64,000 nt of DNA from Candidatus Omnitrophota bacterium (GTDB lineage: Bacteria > Omnitrophota > Omnitrophia > Omnitrophales > JACROU01), in the NCBI GenBank assembly GCA_029261035.1, contig JAJDCD010000008.1, positions 98,313 to 162,312 of the forward strand, read 5' to 3'. Below the pieces are notes generated by a model. That model did not search any database. It saw only the letters and a program-made list of their open reading frames with translations, and was not told the DNA's origin. Both the position numbers and the translations under genes were made by a program. This document shows, in pieces, positions 11,719 to 22,300 of this stretch. Position 1 is the stretch's first letter; each line of letters opens with the position of its first letter.

Positions 11719-13748
11719 AAACTTTTATCCAAATCCATAACAACTTTTTCGATTAAATCGATCATTTGACGATTTTCCTGCTCTGTAGGTTCATACCCTG
11801 TAAACTGAGCTCTATCTCTTAAATCGTAAATCACTTCCACATCCCTTAGAACATCATCACCCATCTCAATCTCTGCCATTCTTTCCTTAACTACGCTCAT
11901 GCTCATCGAGTGAATCGATACATTCATTTTGTCCGCGAAATAACGATCTAAAATCTTCCCGATCTCAGCACAAACTTCTACAGAAGTTTTTCCAGAGGAT
12001 TTCATTATCTTTTCCATTCTTTTAACACTTTTAGTAGCCAAACGAGAAGCCGATCTTCTCTTTCGAACTACATGATCCTGCTGATTTGTCGGAGATTTCA
12101 TCTGGAAAAAAAAGAGCATCAAGAATAAAAGACCTAGCGCAGAACTAACACCCACAAAAACATTTTTCATTTTCTGCTCGAACTGATAAAACTTAAACAC
12201 TCTAAAATCTGTTTTAATCGTATAAATATCTTTTGCTTCTTTTTTTAAATCTTTCTTCAAAGATTCTTGCTGATCCGATGGAACATACCTCAATTCATCT
12301 TGAGCTTCACCAGGCAATACTTTAACTTTAAACTCCTTACTTCTTATAGCTTTATAACTATGACTATAAGGGTCAAAGTAATTAAACACCAAGGATGGGA
12401 TAACGTAATCCCCTGTATTTTCAGGAATAAAAATAATTTCAAATATTTTAGAACCTACGATAACATCTCTTCTTTTTAACAGTTGAGATGAAGACTCTCC
12501 ATCATAGATTTTAAAATTATCTATCTTTGGGATAGGAGGATGCTGTAACGTTTCGATATTACCCTCTCCTTCAATCTTCAAACTCAAAGTAATGGGTTCG
12601 TTTTGTTTTACTTGAACTCGATCGACAACAGCCTCAAACTGAAAACGACCTACAATCCCACTAAACTGAGAGGGCTTTCCTCTCTCTGGAAGCTCTCTTA
12701 CTTGAATATTAAGAATGGGAGTTGTAAGCAACTTATTCACACGTCTAGAAAACATTCCTCCACCAAAAAAGCTATCATTAAAAAAATCATCAAACATTCC
12801 ACCATTTCGCCCGCTACGTTGCTCAATCGATGCTTTAACCGTTCCTGGTTCAATCTGAAATTGTCCTGGCGACGTTGGAAACAACGCTAATTTTTTAATA
12901 TCAGCCTTAATATACCTTCTTCCCCCAACAGTAACTGTTGTTTTTTCAATATCACGTCCTATAGGTATTTCTTCCACCCAAAAACCTGTCGCTTGAGGCT
13001 CTTCCTCAAAGCCTTCATACCGCGTATCTGCACGTGTATATAAAGAATACGTTAACGAAATTTGCTGACCAGGATAAACAGCCGTCTTATCCACCCAAGC
13101 TTTTAAAAAAATAGGTTCATTCCCTGATGCTTGCTCATTAACACTAGGAGAGCTTCCTCCTGAGTAAGGGTAAGGTGTCGTTGTCTGTGGTAAAGAAGTC
13201 CTTGTCGGACTCGAATAATTAGGATCTGGAGAATTAACCGGCAATGAAGTACTTTGACCTAATGCAGGACTATTTGTCTGTTGCATTCCAGGAGTTCCCA
13301 AAACTTCAATCTGAACAACTTCTGTTCGATAAATATCACTATTTACGTTAACTTCTATAGGTCCAACATTAAAAATACCCGCTCTTTTAGGAATTAGAAC
13401 ATAACGAAACTCTGTTATAGAATCCTGCTTTCCATTCACAAAGGAAAACCGAGTCGAACGTCCAGAGTAATAAGATTCGAAACTTTCACTGATAGGAATA
13501 CGGGGTCTTTGAATATTTACTTTAGCTCCAGAAATACGTATATTTAAGCTCAATTGATCATCTACTTCTAAAGTTTTTTTGTCAAAAATAGTCGAGACCT
13601 GTATATTCTCTTGCGCAACCCCATACGAACATACGAGTAACGTCAAAAAAAGGACTACAATAGATTTTGAGACTCTAATCATATTCATAAGTGTAAAAAC
13701 CCTAAATTGAGAGCTACAGGCATAAATCAAACTTTCATTGTAAAACAA
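11715..13748 (-). CDS. BatD-like (Bacteroides aerotolerance family) protein. Large periplasmic protein with a single C-proximal TM segment.
   Basis: 677 aa. Signal peptide, ~520 aa beta-rich periplasmic portion, TM (VFVGVSSALGLLFLMLFFFQM), cytoplasmic tail. This matches BatD topology. Family assignment is by pattern only. Confidence 0.45.
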   Translation of the reverse strand: MFYNESLIYACSSQFRVFTLMNMIRVSKSIVVLFLTLLVCSYGVAQENIQVSTIFDKKTLEVDDQLSLNIRISGAKVNIQRPRIPISESFESYYSGRSTRFSFVNGKQDSITEFRYVLIPKRAGIFNVGPIEVNVNSDIYRTEVVQIEVLGTPGMQQTNSPALGQSTSLPVNSPDPNYSSPTRTSLPQTTTPYPYSGGSSPSVNEQASGNEPIFLKAWVDKTAVYPGQQISLTYSLYTRADTRYEGFEEEPQATGFWVEEIPIGRDIEKTTVTVGGRRYIKADIKKLALFPTSPGQFQIEPGTVKASIEQRSGRNGGMFDDFFNDSFFGGGMFSRRVNKLLTTPILNIQVRELPERGKPSQFSGIVGRFQFEAVVDRVQVKQNEPITLSLKIEGEGNIETLQHPPIPKIDNFKIYDGESSSQLLKRRDVIVGSKIFEIIFIPENTGDYVIPSLVFNYFDPYSHSYKAIRSKEFKVKVLPGEAQDELRYVPSDQQESLKKDLKKEAKDIYTIKTDFRVFKFYQFEQKMKNVFVGVSSALGLLFLMLFFFQMKSPTNQQDHVVRKRRSASRLATKSVKRMEKIMKSSGKTSVEVCAEIGKILDRYFADKMNVSIHSMSMSVVKERMAEIEMGDDVLRDVEVIYDLRDRAQFTGYEPTEQENRQMIDLIEKVVMDLDKSL

Positions 13749-13846
13749 CCTATTCCCTAAGTCAATCTAAGGAAAATGCTTGATAACGACCTATAATACA
13801 TAGGAGTGGAATAGAGTCTGCTTTAGGAAAGTTTATTTACGAGCGG

Positions 13847-14068
13847 CTATTCTTCAACCCAATCATTTGTTACGTCAATTTCTAGCTTTTTAAAACATTG
13901 ATTACAACAACCAATAACAAAAACCTTATTGTCTTTCGAGATTAAGGTTCCATCTAAAATCTTACACTCTTTAGAACAATGCAAACACTCAAAAAATGTT
14001 TTTTCTAAAAATGCTTTACTAGGATCCTCTCCATAACTCGGATAAGGTTTAAAATCCCCCATCGACAT
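13847..14068 (-). CDS. Small zinc-ribbon-like protein (73 aa, CxxC ... CCxxC)
   Basis: Cys pairs CLHC and CCNQC. Lies 4 nt downstream of the ParB-like gene. Confidence 0.4.
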   Translation of the reverse strand: MSMGDFKPYPSYGEDPSKAFLEKTFFECLHCSKECKILDGTLISKDNKVFVIGCCNQCFKKLEIDVTNDWVEE

Positions 14069-14072
14069 CTCC

Positions 14073-15029
14073 TTATAATAAGTCTTCTAATATAGATTTT
14101 TTTTCTTCCAGTTCTTCTAATACCAAAGATAAATCTTTTTTATTTTTAATCCGCACTCTAAGTTCAACACCCTCTTCTTCCATAGATTCAGATTTTACTA
14201 ACTGGATTTTTTGTTTAAATTTTATTTTTGATATTTTTTTTCTAAATTCTTTTTTGGCTTCAAAACTCTTAGGATAACGGCATTGATTCAATACAGCAAT
14301 CAACTTTTCTGATCGCAACCTCTCCTTTCCTTCCCCAGCTTCTTCAATCAGAGAAAACAACTCCGGCTTCTTTAAAATATCACCTAGTGCATGATCGTGA
14401 ATATGTTTCAAATCTTTCAGTAGCTGCGCTAAGAGTTGTATTTCTGAAGAAGTAAATACAAACAGACTTAAAACAGAGTTCCATAGTAACCCTTGTTCCT
14501 CAGGAGAAAATTCAGCCAAATCCCAAATTCCTCTAAACGGTAGCTGACCATGATAAACGCTTTCGAGTATTTCTTTATTTAGGAGTTGTACTTTTTGGTA
14601 ACAATCTATTTGCTTCAAAGAGACATCAATTCCATGGCGATTAAACCATTTAGTAATATCTCGATTCTCTTTTAAAGCATCGCTCCCAAGAAGTTTTGAA
14701 AAAAGAACAGAAAAATCTAATTCGCTATAAGATTGCCTATAATTCATGTCTAAAGCAAACGAAAATAACTGCTCCTCAGATAAACCCTCTTTAATAACAG
14801 AAATAGGAATATCTTCCCCCCAAGAAATACTTAACAATGCATAAAAACGCTTAAATCCTGAGATGAGCTCATACCTCCCAGAGTCTGTTTTTCTACAAAG
14901 CAAAGGGGCCATCAACCCTTGGTTTTTAATAGACTCCGTCAGCAAATCATCTTTCAATGAATAGCGTAAGCAATACTTCCCATCCAAAGGATCTATGTCT
15001 TGAATTTTTACTTTTTTAAAACTGAGCAT
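14073..15029 (-). CDS. ParB/Srx-fold N-terminal domain protein with a coiled-coil Lys/Glu-rich C-terminus
   Basis: KVKIQDIDP...SIKNQGLMAPLLCRKTDSGRYELISGFKRFYAL matches the ParB N-domain pattern (GxxR box). Confidence 0.45.
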   Translation of the reverse strand: MLSFKKVKIQDIDPLDGKYCLRYSLKDDLLTESIKNQGLMAPLLCRKTDSGRYELISGFKRFYALLSISWGEDIPISVIKEGLSEEQLFSFALDMNYRQSYSELDFSVLFSKLLGSDALKENRDITKWFNRHGIDVSLKQIDCYQKVQLLNKEILESVYHGQLPFRGIWDLAEFSPEEQGLLWNSVLSLFVFTSSEIQLLAQLLKDLKHIHDHALGDILKKPELFSLIEEAGEGKERLRSEKLIAVLNQCRYPKSFEAKKEFRKKISKIKFKQKIQLVKSESMEEEGVELRVRIKNKKDLSLVLEELEEKKSILEDLL

Positions 15030-15031
15030 AT

Positions 15032-16462
15032 TTATTTACCCTCCAACCATTTAAGCCAACGCCTTTCAACTTCTTTAGCAGACAAGCTGAATACTTTTAA
15101 GAATGCAGAATCAACGTTTTCTTCTTTCCCTAATTCTTTAAGCAATTCTCTTACTTTATAAAAACCAAACCTCTCTATCAAATAATCAACAAAAACAAAA
15201 GACTGTTGATAAAACAGCGTTGTCGTTTCGGTGTTCTTGAAAATCTTTTCTCCTAAAGAAAGTCCCCTAAGATTCAAAAGCTTATTTCTACGGTAAGTTG
15301 TCCAAAAAAATCTTAATTGAATTGGAATAACTTTATTTTCATAGTATTGCGCAACTCCTTCGTTAAGCCATAAAGGAACTTTATCACCCGCATAATTATA
15401 TATAAATGCATGCGTCAATTCATGCCATATCAATCGCTTCATCTCACGCTCAGAACCTCTTTGCTTATTCAAAAATGGCATTCTTATTTTCCCATCAAAA
15501 AGAGCTCCCGTTAAATGTGAAGATCGAATCTTATTTTCAAAATCCTTTTTCTCATACATTAAGACGACTATTTTACCTTTAAGAGGAGTAGAAAAATCTT
15601 GGTAAATTTCCTTATAAGCCTCTCTCAACAACAACTTTAAGTCATAAGAAGTGTATTGTTGATTCGACGATGCGTATCTTATCTTAAAATGCTCCTCCTC
15701 TACAGAGAGCAAACCTTCCTCTAAAGGAAGCTCTTTCTTTAACTTACTCCTCTTTTTATTTATTCGATCCAAACTGTCTCTGGATACTGCTTTTTCCCAA
15801 TAAAACTCAGCCTCTTTAAGCTCTTGGAGTTGATAATGTATGTTCCCCAGCAATTCATTCGCCAATTTATTATTTGGCTCATACTCTAATATCTTCTTTG
15901 TTGGAGTCTTGGCTAATTCATAATTTTTTGCTTCATAAAAACTACCTGCTTGTTCAAATAAAGCATAAACTACATTTCTACGAAAAATAAAGTTATCCGT
16001 AGGCTGAAATTTTCGAGAGACTCTCTCTTTCCCATCGGGAAGAAGATGAGAGATAACATTATTTTTCATTTCCACTGGCTGTTTTTCCTCAAGAAGCATT
16101 GAGATTTCTTTTGCTTTTTCTTGATTCACACCTAAACCTTTGGCAATATCCAAATATTCTTTAGCTTCCTGAAAGTGATTTTCTTGAACAAGAAATTTAC
16201 TGTATTTCAAATAGACTAAAGCAAGTTTCTTTTCCGTTTCAACATCATAATGCTTATATATCTTCTCTTCCAATTCTTCAATCTCATGTACAAGTTCCTC
16301 TTCTTCCAAACTTAATTCAATATTTTTACTGACTGTCAAAACTTGAGTATCTGGTTTCATCTCCTCAGAAAATAACTCTGGAGAAGAATGGTAAAACATA
16401 AGGATTGTGAGGGGAAGAATGAGTAAAAGTTTTATATTTTCTATATGAAGCATATATATCAT
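15032..16462 (-). CDS. Secreted TPR-repeat protein with a C-terminal peptidase_MA-like HExxH domain
   Basis: WHELTHAFIYNYAGDKVPLWLNEGVAQYYE matches the HExxH...E motif of the MA-clan Peptidase_MA_2 family. N-terminal signal/TM. Confidence 0.5.
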   Translation of the reverse strand: MIYMLHIENIKLLLILPLTILMFYHSSPELFSEEMKPDTQVLTVSKNIELSLEEEELVHEIEELEEKIYKHYDVETEKKLALVYLKYSKFLVQENHFQEAKEYLDIAKGLGVNQEKAKEISMLLEEKQPVEMKNNVISHLLPDGKERVSRKFQPTDNFIFRRNVVYALFEQAGSFYEAKNYELAKTPTKKILEYEPNNKLANELLGNIHYQLQELKEAEFYWEKAVSRDSLDRINKKRSKLKKELPLEEGLLSVEEEHFKIRYASSNQQYTSYDLKLLLREAYKEIYQDFSTPLKGKIVVLMYEKKDFENKIRSSHLTGALFDGKIRMPFLNKQRGSEREMKRLIWHELTHAFIYNYAGDKVPLWLNEGVAQYYENKVIPIQLRFFWTTYRRNKLLNLRGLSLGEKIFKNTETTTLFYQQSFVFVDYLIERFGFYKVRELLKELGKEENVDSAFLKVFSLSAKEVERRWLKWLEGK

Positions 16463-17562
16463 TTTAAAGTTTGAACTCTTTTAATTCGGTGGCTTATCGA
16501 TGGATGATCATACAACAAAAACTCAATAAGAGGATGAGGGTTTGGGTTTGCCAAATTCAATTCAGCCAACTTCTCCATTAAACTTTGAAAAACATCTTTC
16601 CTTGGTATCGTTTTTATAGCAAAAGCATCCGCTTCATATTCATGCTTCCTAGAAAAAGCATTCTCAAGCGGTGATGAAATAATCCCAAATAAAGAAATAA
16701 GCAAAAATAAAAAAGGGAGAAAAACAACATCCCCAATACTTTCACCCCCTCTGAAAGACACCCAAATATTCGATAGATGAAAAAGAAGAAAAAATACGGC
16801 CAAAGTAGTTACAGTTCCCCATCCAACCCTTTTCCATAAATGATTTAAACGACAATGCCCCATTTCATGAGCTACGACCATCTCAACCTCATCTTCAGTA
16901 AAATTCTCTAAAAGGTTGTCCGATAAAATAACTCTACGCGTTTTACCCATACCGCAAAAAGCAGCATTTGCTTTTTTTGTCGTCTTACTCATATTAAACA
17001 TATAAACATTATCAAGCGCCAAACCGCCACTCTTAACGAGATTTAAAAGCCTCAGTCTTAAGACTTCATTATCTAAAGGTTTAAATTTATAAAACAATGG
17101 AAAAATAAGTATCGGAGCTAAACGTCCCAATAAAATAGAAAAAGCTAACCAGCCTACCCACGCAATCCACCACCAATCTTTTTCAAAAGTATGAACTACA
17201 AGATAAAATATTTCCACTAAGAAAAGAGATAAAAGAAAGGAAAGAACTGATTTTTTTACTCCTTCAAAGAACCACCCCCCAAAAGATTGTTCGGATAAAT
17301 TATATTTCTTTTCTAATAAATAGCTGAAAAAGATGGAAAACGGGAAAGCAAAAATATAAATATAAATCGAAAACAAAAAGAAAAAAAGGGCAATTCCCAG
17401 ATAGTAAGAATTGGTTACTGAAACAACAAATTGTTTAAAAAAGGATGATAGTGGAGAAAATACGGCGACTGCAAGCAAAGATAAGATCAAAAACAAATGA
17501 AATGCTGAGGCGTAAAGTTTAATTTTTTGGTACTCAACAGCTTTATTACGACCTTGTTCCAT
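16459..17562 (-). CDS. M48 family (HtpX/Ste24-like) integral membrane zinc metalloprotease
   Basis: About 5 N-terminal TM segments. VAHEMGHCRLNH (HExxH) and the downstream HEYEADAFA third-ligand motif are characteristic of M48. Confidence 0.7.
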   Translation of the reverse strand: MEQGRNKAVEYQKIKLYASAFHLFLILSLLAVAVFSPLSSFFKQFVVSVTNSYYLGIALFFFLFSIYIYIFAFPFSIFFSYLLEKKYNLSEQSFGGWFFEGVKKSVLSFLLSLFLVEIFYLVVHTFEKDWWWIAWVGWLAFSILLGRLAPILIFPLFYKFKPLDNEVLRLRLLNLVKSGGLALDNVYMFNMSKTTKKANAAFCGMGKTRRVILSDNLLENFTEDEVEMVVAHEMGHCRLNHLWKRVGWGTVTTLAVFFLLFHLSNIWVSFRGGESIGDVVFLPFLFLLISLFGIISSPLENAFSRKHEYEADAFAIKTIPRKDVFQSLMEKLAELNLANPNPHPLIEFLLYDHPSISHRIKRVQTLK

Positions 17563-17585
17563 AAAAACCCTACCCGCTTATTTCT

Positions 17586-17693
17586 TTAAGAATCTCTCTT
17601 TTTTCTTAAAAAAGTGATTACGATACAAAACAAAAAACCACCCAAAATAAGTACCAACGAAAAAATCATAAAAATCAGAGCCTGCAATTCCAT
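17586..17693 (-). CDS. 35-aa single-TM micro-protein (MELQALIFMIFSLVLILGGFLFCIVITFLRKKRDS), translationally coupled to the NSS transporter
   Basis: GGAGGA Shine-Dalgarno 5 nt upstream of the ATG, overlapping the transporter stop codon. Hydrophobic core plus a basic C-tail. Below the ORF-track size cut-off. Confidence 0.3.
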   Translation of the reverse strand: MELQALIFMIFSLVLILGGFLFCIVITFLRKKRDS

Positions 17694-17705
17694 CTAAATC
17701 CTCCG

Positions 17706-19151
17706 TCAATCCTCTTCATACTTAATATGTTTTATCCACTGCGGAGTTAAAACAAGAAGAGCAATGATTAAAATACCCCATTGCAAAAAACAAGTCCCAA
17801 CATTATATGAGTGTAATGGAAACCACCATTGCTCCGGATTGTCTTTTATCGACTGTATCAACCACCAACTGATCACTATAATAAATTCTAACGGGATGAC
17901 CCATTTAACCATAAAGCCAAAACCAAACTTAAAAAATTGGGGCATACCCGAAAAATTCTCATTCAAATATTTCTCAATACCATAGCGATGAATTAGAACA
18001 GCAAAAAAGAAACCACTCAGCAAAAGACCTAAACCCCAAACCCAATCTTGATTGTTTAGAATATCAATACGCAAAGCAGATGGAGTTCCAATAAGAATAC
18101 CAAAAAAGAAAATAAAAAATACCGATTTTCTACGGGATACTCCAAAATTTCTTAAAAAATGTGATCCCAACTCAATCATCGAAACTAAAGAAGTAAAAGC
18201 AGCACAAGATAAAGCTAAAAAGAAAAATACAGCAAATAACTGCCCATATTCTAATTGTTTAAAAATAAGTGGTAATGAAATAAAAGTAAGGCCGGTATTC
18301 CCTGAAGCAGTAATGGACATCGCCTCCCCCACAGGAAGAACAGCAAACAAAGTTGGAATGATCGCTAAGGATGCAATCATGGCAGCAGAACTATCCCCTA
18401 ACCCTGTTGTAAAGGAATGCAAAACAGAATTCTCCTTACTATGCGAATAGGCAGCGTAAGACAAAATAATGCCCCACCCTGCCCCTGTACTCCAAGCCGA
18501 TTGACTGATCGCTTCAATCCAAGTAGTCGCTGACAATAACTTGGACCAATCTGTTGAAAATATAAAATTAAGGCCTGCCGCAGCATTAGGTAAACTCATT
18601 GCAAACAATGCAAGAGCTATCAAAACAAGAAAAAATAAAGGCATTAAAATAATGCAAAGCCTCTCTATTCCTTTAATAACACCCAAAAGAACAATCAAAC
18701 TAGCACAAAAAAAACTAATACAATGAAAATAAAGGGGTTCCATTGAGCCAACAGTAAATTGAGTCCAGAGCACTTGGGAATCCACTTTAAAAAGAGAACC
18801 CGTTAGCGCTAAGGAAAAGTATTTTAAGCACCACCCCACAATAACGCTGTAATAAAACATAATCCCCATAGTACAAAATGCAATGAAGGCTCCCATCCAC
18901 ACCCATTTCTTGCCAAGCATTTCAGAAAAAACAACAAAAACACCTTGCCCATAACGCTTACCACATGAAAATTCAATTAAGATGATTGGAATTGCCCACA
19001 AAAAAAGAGCGATGATAAAAGCAATGAGAAAGGCCCCTCCACCATTAAGAGCGACAACTCGTGGGAAACGCCAAATATTCCCAGTCCCAATAGCGAGGCC
19101 TAATAAAGCTAAAATAAGTCCCCAAGTAGATTGAAATCGTTCTTTACCCAT
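17706..19151 (-). CDS. Neurotransmitter:sodium symporter (NSS/SNF) family transporter
   Basis: N-terminal W..GLILALLGLAIGTGNIWRFP is the NSS signature. ~11-12 TM segments. Confidence 0.85.
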   Translation of the reverse strand: MGKERFQSTWGLILALLGLAIGTGNIWRFPRVVALNGGGAFLIAFIIALFLWAIPIILIEFSCGKRYGQGVFVVFSEMLGKKWVWMGAFIAFCTMGIMFYYSVIVGWCLKYFSLALTGSLFKVDSQVLWTQFTVGSMEPLYFHCISFFCASLIVLLGVIKGIERLCIILMPLFFLVLIALALFAMSLPNAAAGLNFIFSTDWSKLLSATTWIEAISQSAWSTGAGWGIILSYAAYSHSKENSVLHSFTTGLGDSSAAMIASLAIIPTLFAVLPVGEAMSITASGNTGLTFISLPLIFKQLEYGQLFAVFFFLALSCAAFTSLVSMIELGSHFLRNFGVSRRKSVFFIFFFGILIGTPSALRIDILNNQDWVWGLGLLLSGFFFAVLIHRYGIEKYLNENFSGMPQFFKFGFGFMVKWVIPLEFIIVISWWLIQSIKDNPEQWWFPLHSYNVGTCFLQWGILIIALLVLTPQWIKHIKYEED

Positions 19152-19226
19152 AAAGGTTATTATATCGTTCTTCGAAGCTTTTAGCCATTAGCTTTTAGCT
19201 GAAGAGTTAAAGGAAGGGTCTGGTTT

Positions 19227-19270
19227 AAAAAAAAGAGGCCGGAAGTAATAAAAAACCTATTTCCGACCTC
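19227..19270 (-). terminator. Rho-independent terminator downstream of the giant ORF
   Basis: On the minus strand, GAGGUCGGAA-16 nt loop-UUCCGGCCUC (10 bp with one G:U) followed by a U-run. Confidence 0.5.
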
Positions 19271-19318
19271 TTTCTTTCTGTAATCCGTTCTCTCTAATCT
19301 GCCATCGCTCCCAACAAT

Positions 19319-22300
19319 TTATGCAGCGATTTGAATCTGATATTGAGCTTTAATATCGTTAAACAATCCTTCTATCAATTCCGTCAATGAAAGCAATGTA
19401 AACAAACCTCTACGAGCATCATATTGAATCATCAAACTCATATCATCATGAATCAAACTTGCCGTCTCCCCACGAACAGCACCAATTCTACGCGACAGCT
19501 CCATAGATAGTTCTGCGGGTACATCTGATTCCACAGAAACATGCAAAAATTCATTCTCAGTCGACTTGGTCAACTTTCTAAACAATCCTTTATCTGGACT
19601 TACAATAACAGAAACAACTTGCTCTCCCAAAGAAGCTTCACGACTAATTAACGTGTTCACTTCTTGATACAGTGAATTTGAAGTTGCATAAGGGTAAATA
19701 GCTACCGTTTCTGGAAGCCCTTCAGGAAAATATGAAGCTATTTTTTCAACAGCAGCCTCATAAGATTCTGATTTTACAAAAATGCCTAAAAAGGTTTCTT
19801 CAGTAATCTTATTCAGAAACTCAACATTTTCTGATAAATCCTCTTCAGTTAACAGTAATCGTACTTGCGGATCAGAATCCGTCAAAGGAACAAAGGCTGA
19901 TAATACTTCTACTCGTGATTCCAATTCTAATTTAAATGATTTAAATGCTTCATCACGAATCTCAGGCTTTAATGTTTGAAACAATCCTTGAATAAGAGCT
20001 GTGTTATTTCTTACAACATCAGAAACAAAAGATTCATCAATCTCTAAAGGCAACTCAAAAGTAGGAAGCACTTCTTCTGCGAGTACACTTCCCAAAGATC
20101 TTGCCCTTGCACGAGCTGTTACCAAACTTTGAACTGTCACTCTTGAAGTTTGAATATTAAAACCCCCTTGAGCCACAGTCTTGAGAAGAATGGTAGCCAC
20201 TGGTTTTAATCTACGAATATTTTCTCTTCCATATCGGTTCAGAAAAGCTTCTTGTTCTTCTGTCATCTCTTCATTATCCAAATTAAAATCACTAATACTC
20301 TGAAGAAGAGCTCTGTCTGGAGCAAAGCTCATAAAAGCACTTACAGCAGAACGGTATTGAATGTAAGCTAAATAATAATTAGCTCTGGCTAAAGAAATTT
20401 CTCTTTGTTTTTGAAAGTCTTGCAACAAAACATTCGTGCTACTCGCCGAACCTGACCTGAGAGATGCTAACTCCGCCTCTTTTCTGTCTAGCTCTGCTTT
20501 TCTAATCAACAAGGCTTCTTGTTTTTGCCCCAAGTTAATCCAAGCTGTTTGGATTTCTTCGACTACTTTGCCAACCATATTCTCTATCACTCTATTCTTT
20601 CCTTGAAGTTTCGATCTCGCACTAGATCCATCATCCAAAAAGTTAAATAAGTTAGGAACCAAAACAGCACCTCCAAACTCATCAGGATCCGTATCACTCG
20701 TAGTTCTAAAGTCATCTAAACGAGATTGAAATAGTTCAGGATCTCCACGATGACCTTCCATTCTAATATCCGGCAATGTATTTCCAGCTTCCTCCAAAAC
20801 TAAACGGATACCTGTTGCTTCAAAATCATCTACTTTAGAACTAACACGCATATCTAACAATGCTAATTGTCTAAATAGTTGATTTAGCTTTAAACGTCTT
20901 TCATTTCCGTCTGCTGGCAAACCTTGAATAGAAACTGTGTTCACATTAGCTGTGTCCAAGGTAAAATTAATTCTCATTGAAGGGTCAGCTGACACATTTA
21001 AAGCTCTTCTTATTGCAACTTCACTCAAACGAATACGAGCTCCCAATGTTCCGTTTTCACTCGCACCCTCTCTACCTACCAACAACTCTAATGTAGCAAT
21101 CTGAGACAAGATAGCACTTCGTCTCGTTCTCATAGAAGCTTTGTCTCTATCTAGTGCACTTGGTAAAACTCTATCAAGATAAGCAAGCTCACTTCGAAGC
21201 GTTCCCAACTGCCCTCGAACTAAGGTCTGTTGTTGACGCATATACCACAACTTTAATACCTCAGAATTTACCCTGTCTACAGAACTCACCAATTGCTGTT
21301 GATATGTATTAGCCCCTGCTCTCTGAACGATAAAAGCGAGATCACTCCAATCAGCACCCACACCTGTAAACAAACTCTTCAATGACATCGTAAAACTCAT
21401 AAGTGTATCAATTCCGCTTGCTACAGGAGATTCACCAATCGTCAAATTAATCGTTCCACCTCCCAAATAAGCAGGTAATTGAATAATAAATCCACCTGCA
21501 ACCTCATAAGTTTCACCATCACGAGAAACAGTTCCTCCAAAGAATGTGGAAATATTAAAATCATTAATGCTCTTAGAAGAAGTCTCTGAATCCTGACGAG
21601 CCACATCCGCATTAATCACATTGTAATTTCTGCGCAATAATAATAAAGGCAAATCATGTTCTGTTACTGCCGCTCCACTGATTTGCATAGGAACACCAAC
21701 AACACGAATTTTCCCATCATCCCCCATTGTTAAAGTAACATTCTGTATTGATGATGCCGTTCCATAACGATCAGATATCTGGGATCTTCCTCTTTCGTTT
21801 TCTACAATATCTCTTACCTTACATGAAGTAAGACAAACCACTGTAAGCAAACTTAAACTTAAAAGACCAAAACCAAACCTTCTTTTACCTAGCGATGAAG
21901 CTTTTGAGACAAGAACAACTGCTTCAACATCCCCACCTGTCGACAAAGACTGTATCCCTGGCAAACTCAGAACTACCAAAACCCTGGACTGCCCTCTAAC
22001 ATTTCCATCGGATAATTTATGAGAAATTTCTCCTCGAACATAAACATCCCCGATACGGACATACAAAGAATCACCCACAGAGAGATTTGAAGCTTGTTCT
22101 GAGGCAAGAGAAACACTAAAAGAAGAACCTCCAGAAAGTTGGTAAACAACTTGATCCTGAGTAACAGACACTTGTCCTGATGGTGCTCCAACAGAAATAA
22201 CACCCCCTTGAGAAGACCGAACATTTAACCCTGCAATCACAGATCTTCTAGTGGCAATCATTTGCTCCACAGCTCTGATACCGCCTTCTACAGTATCCGA

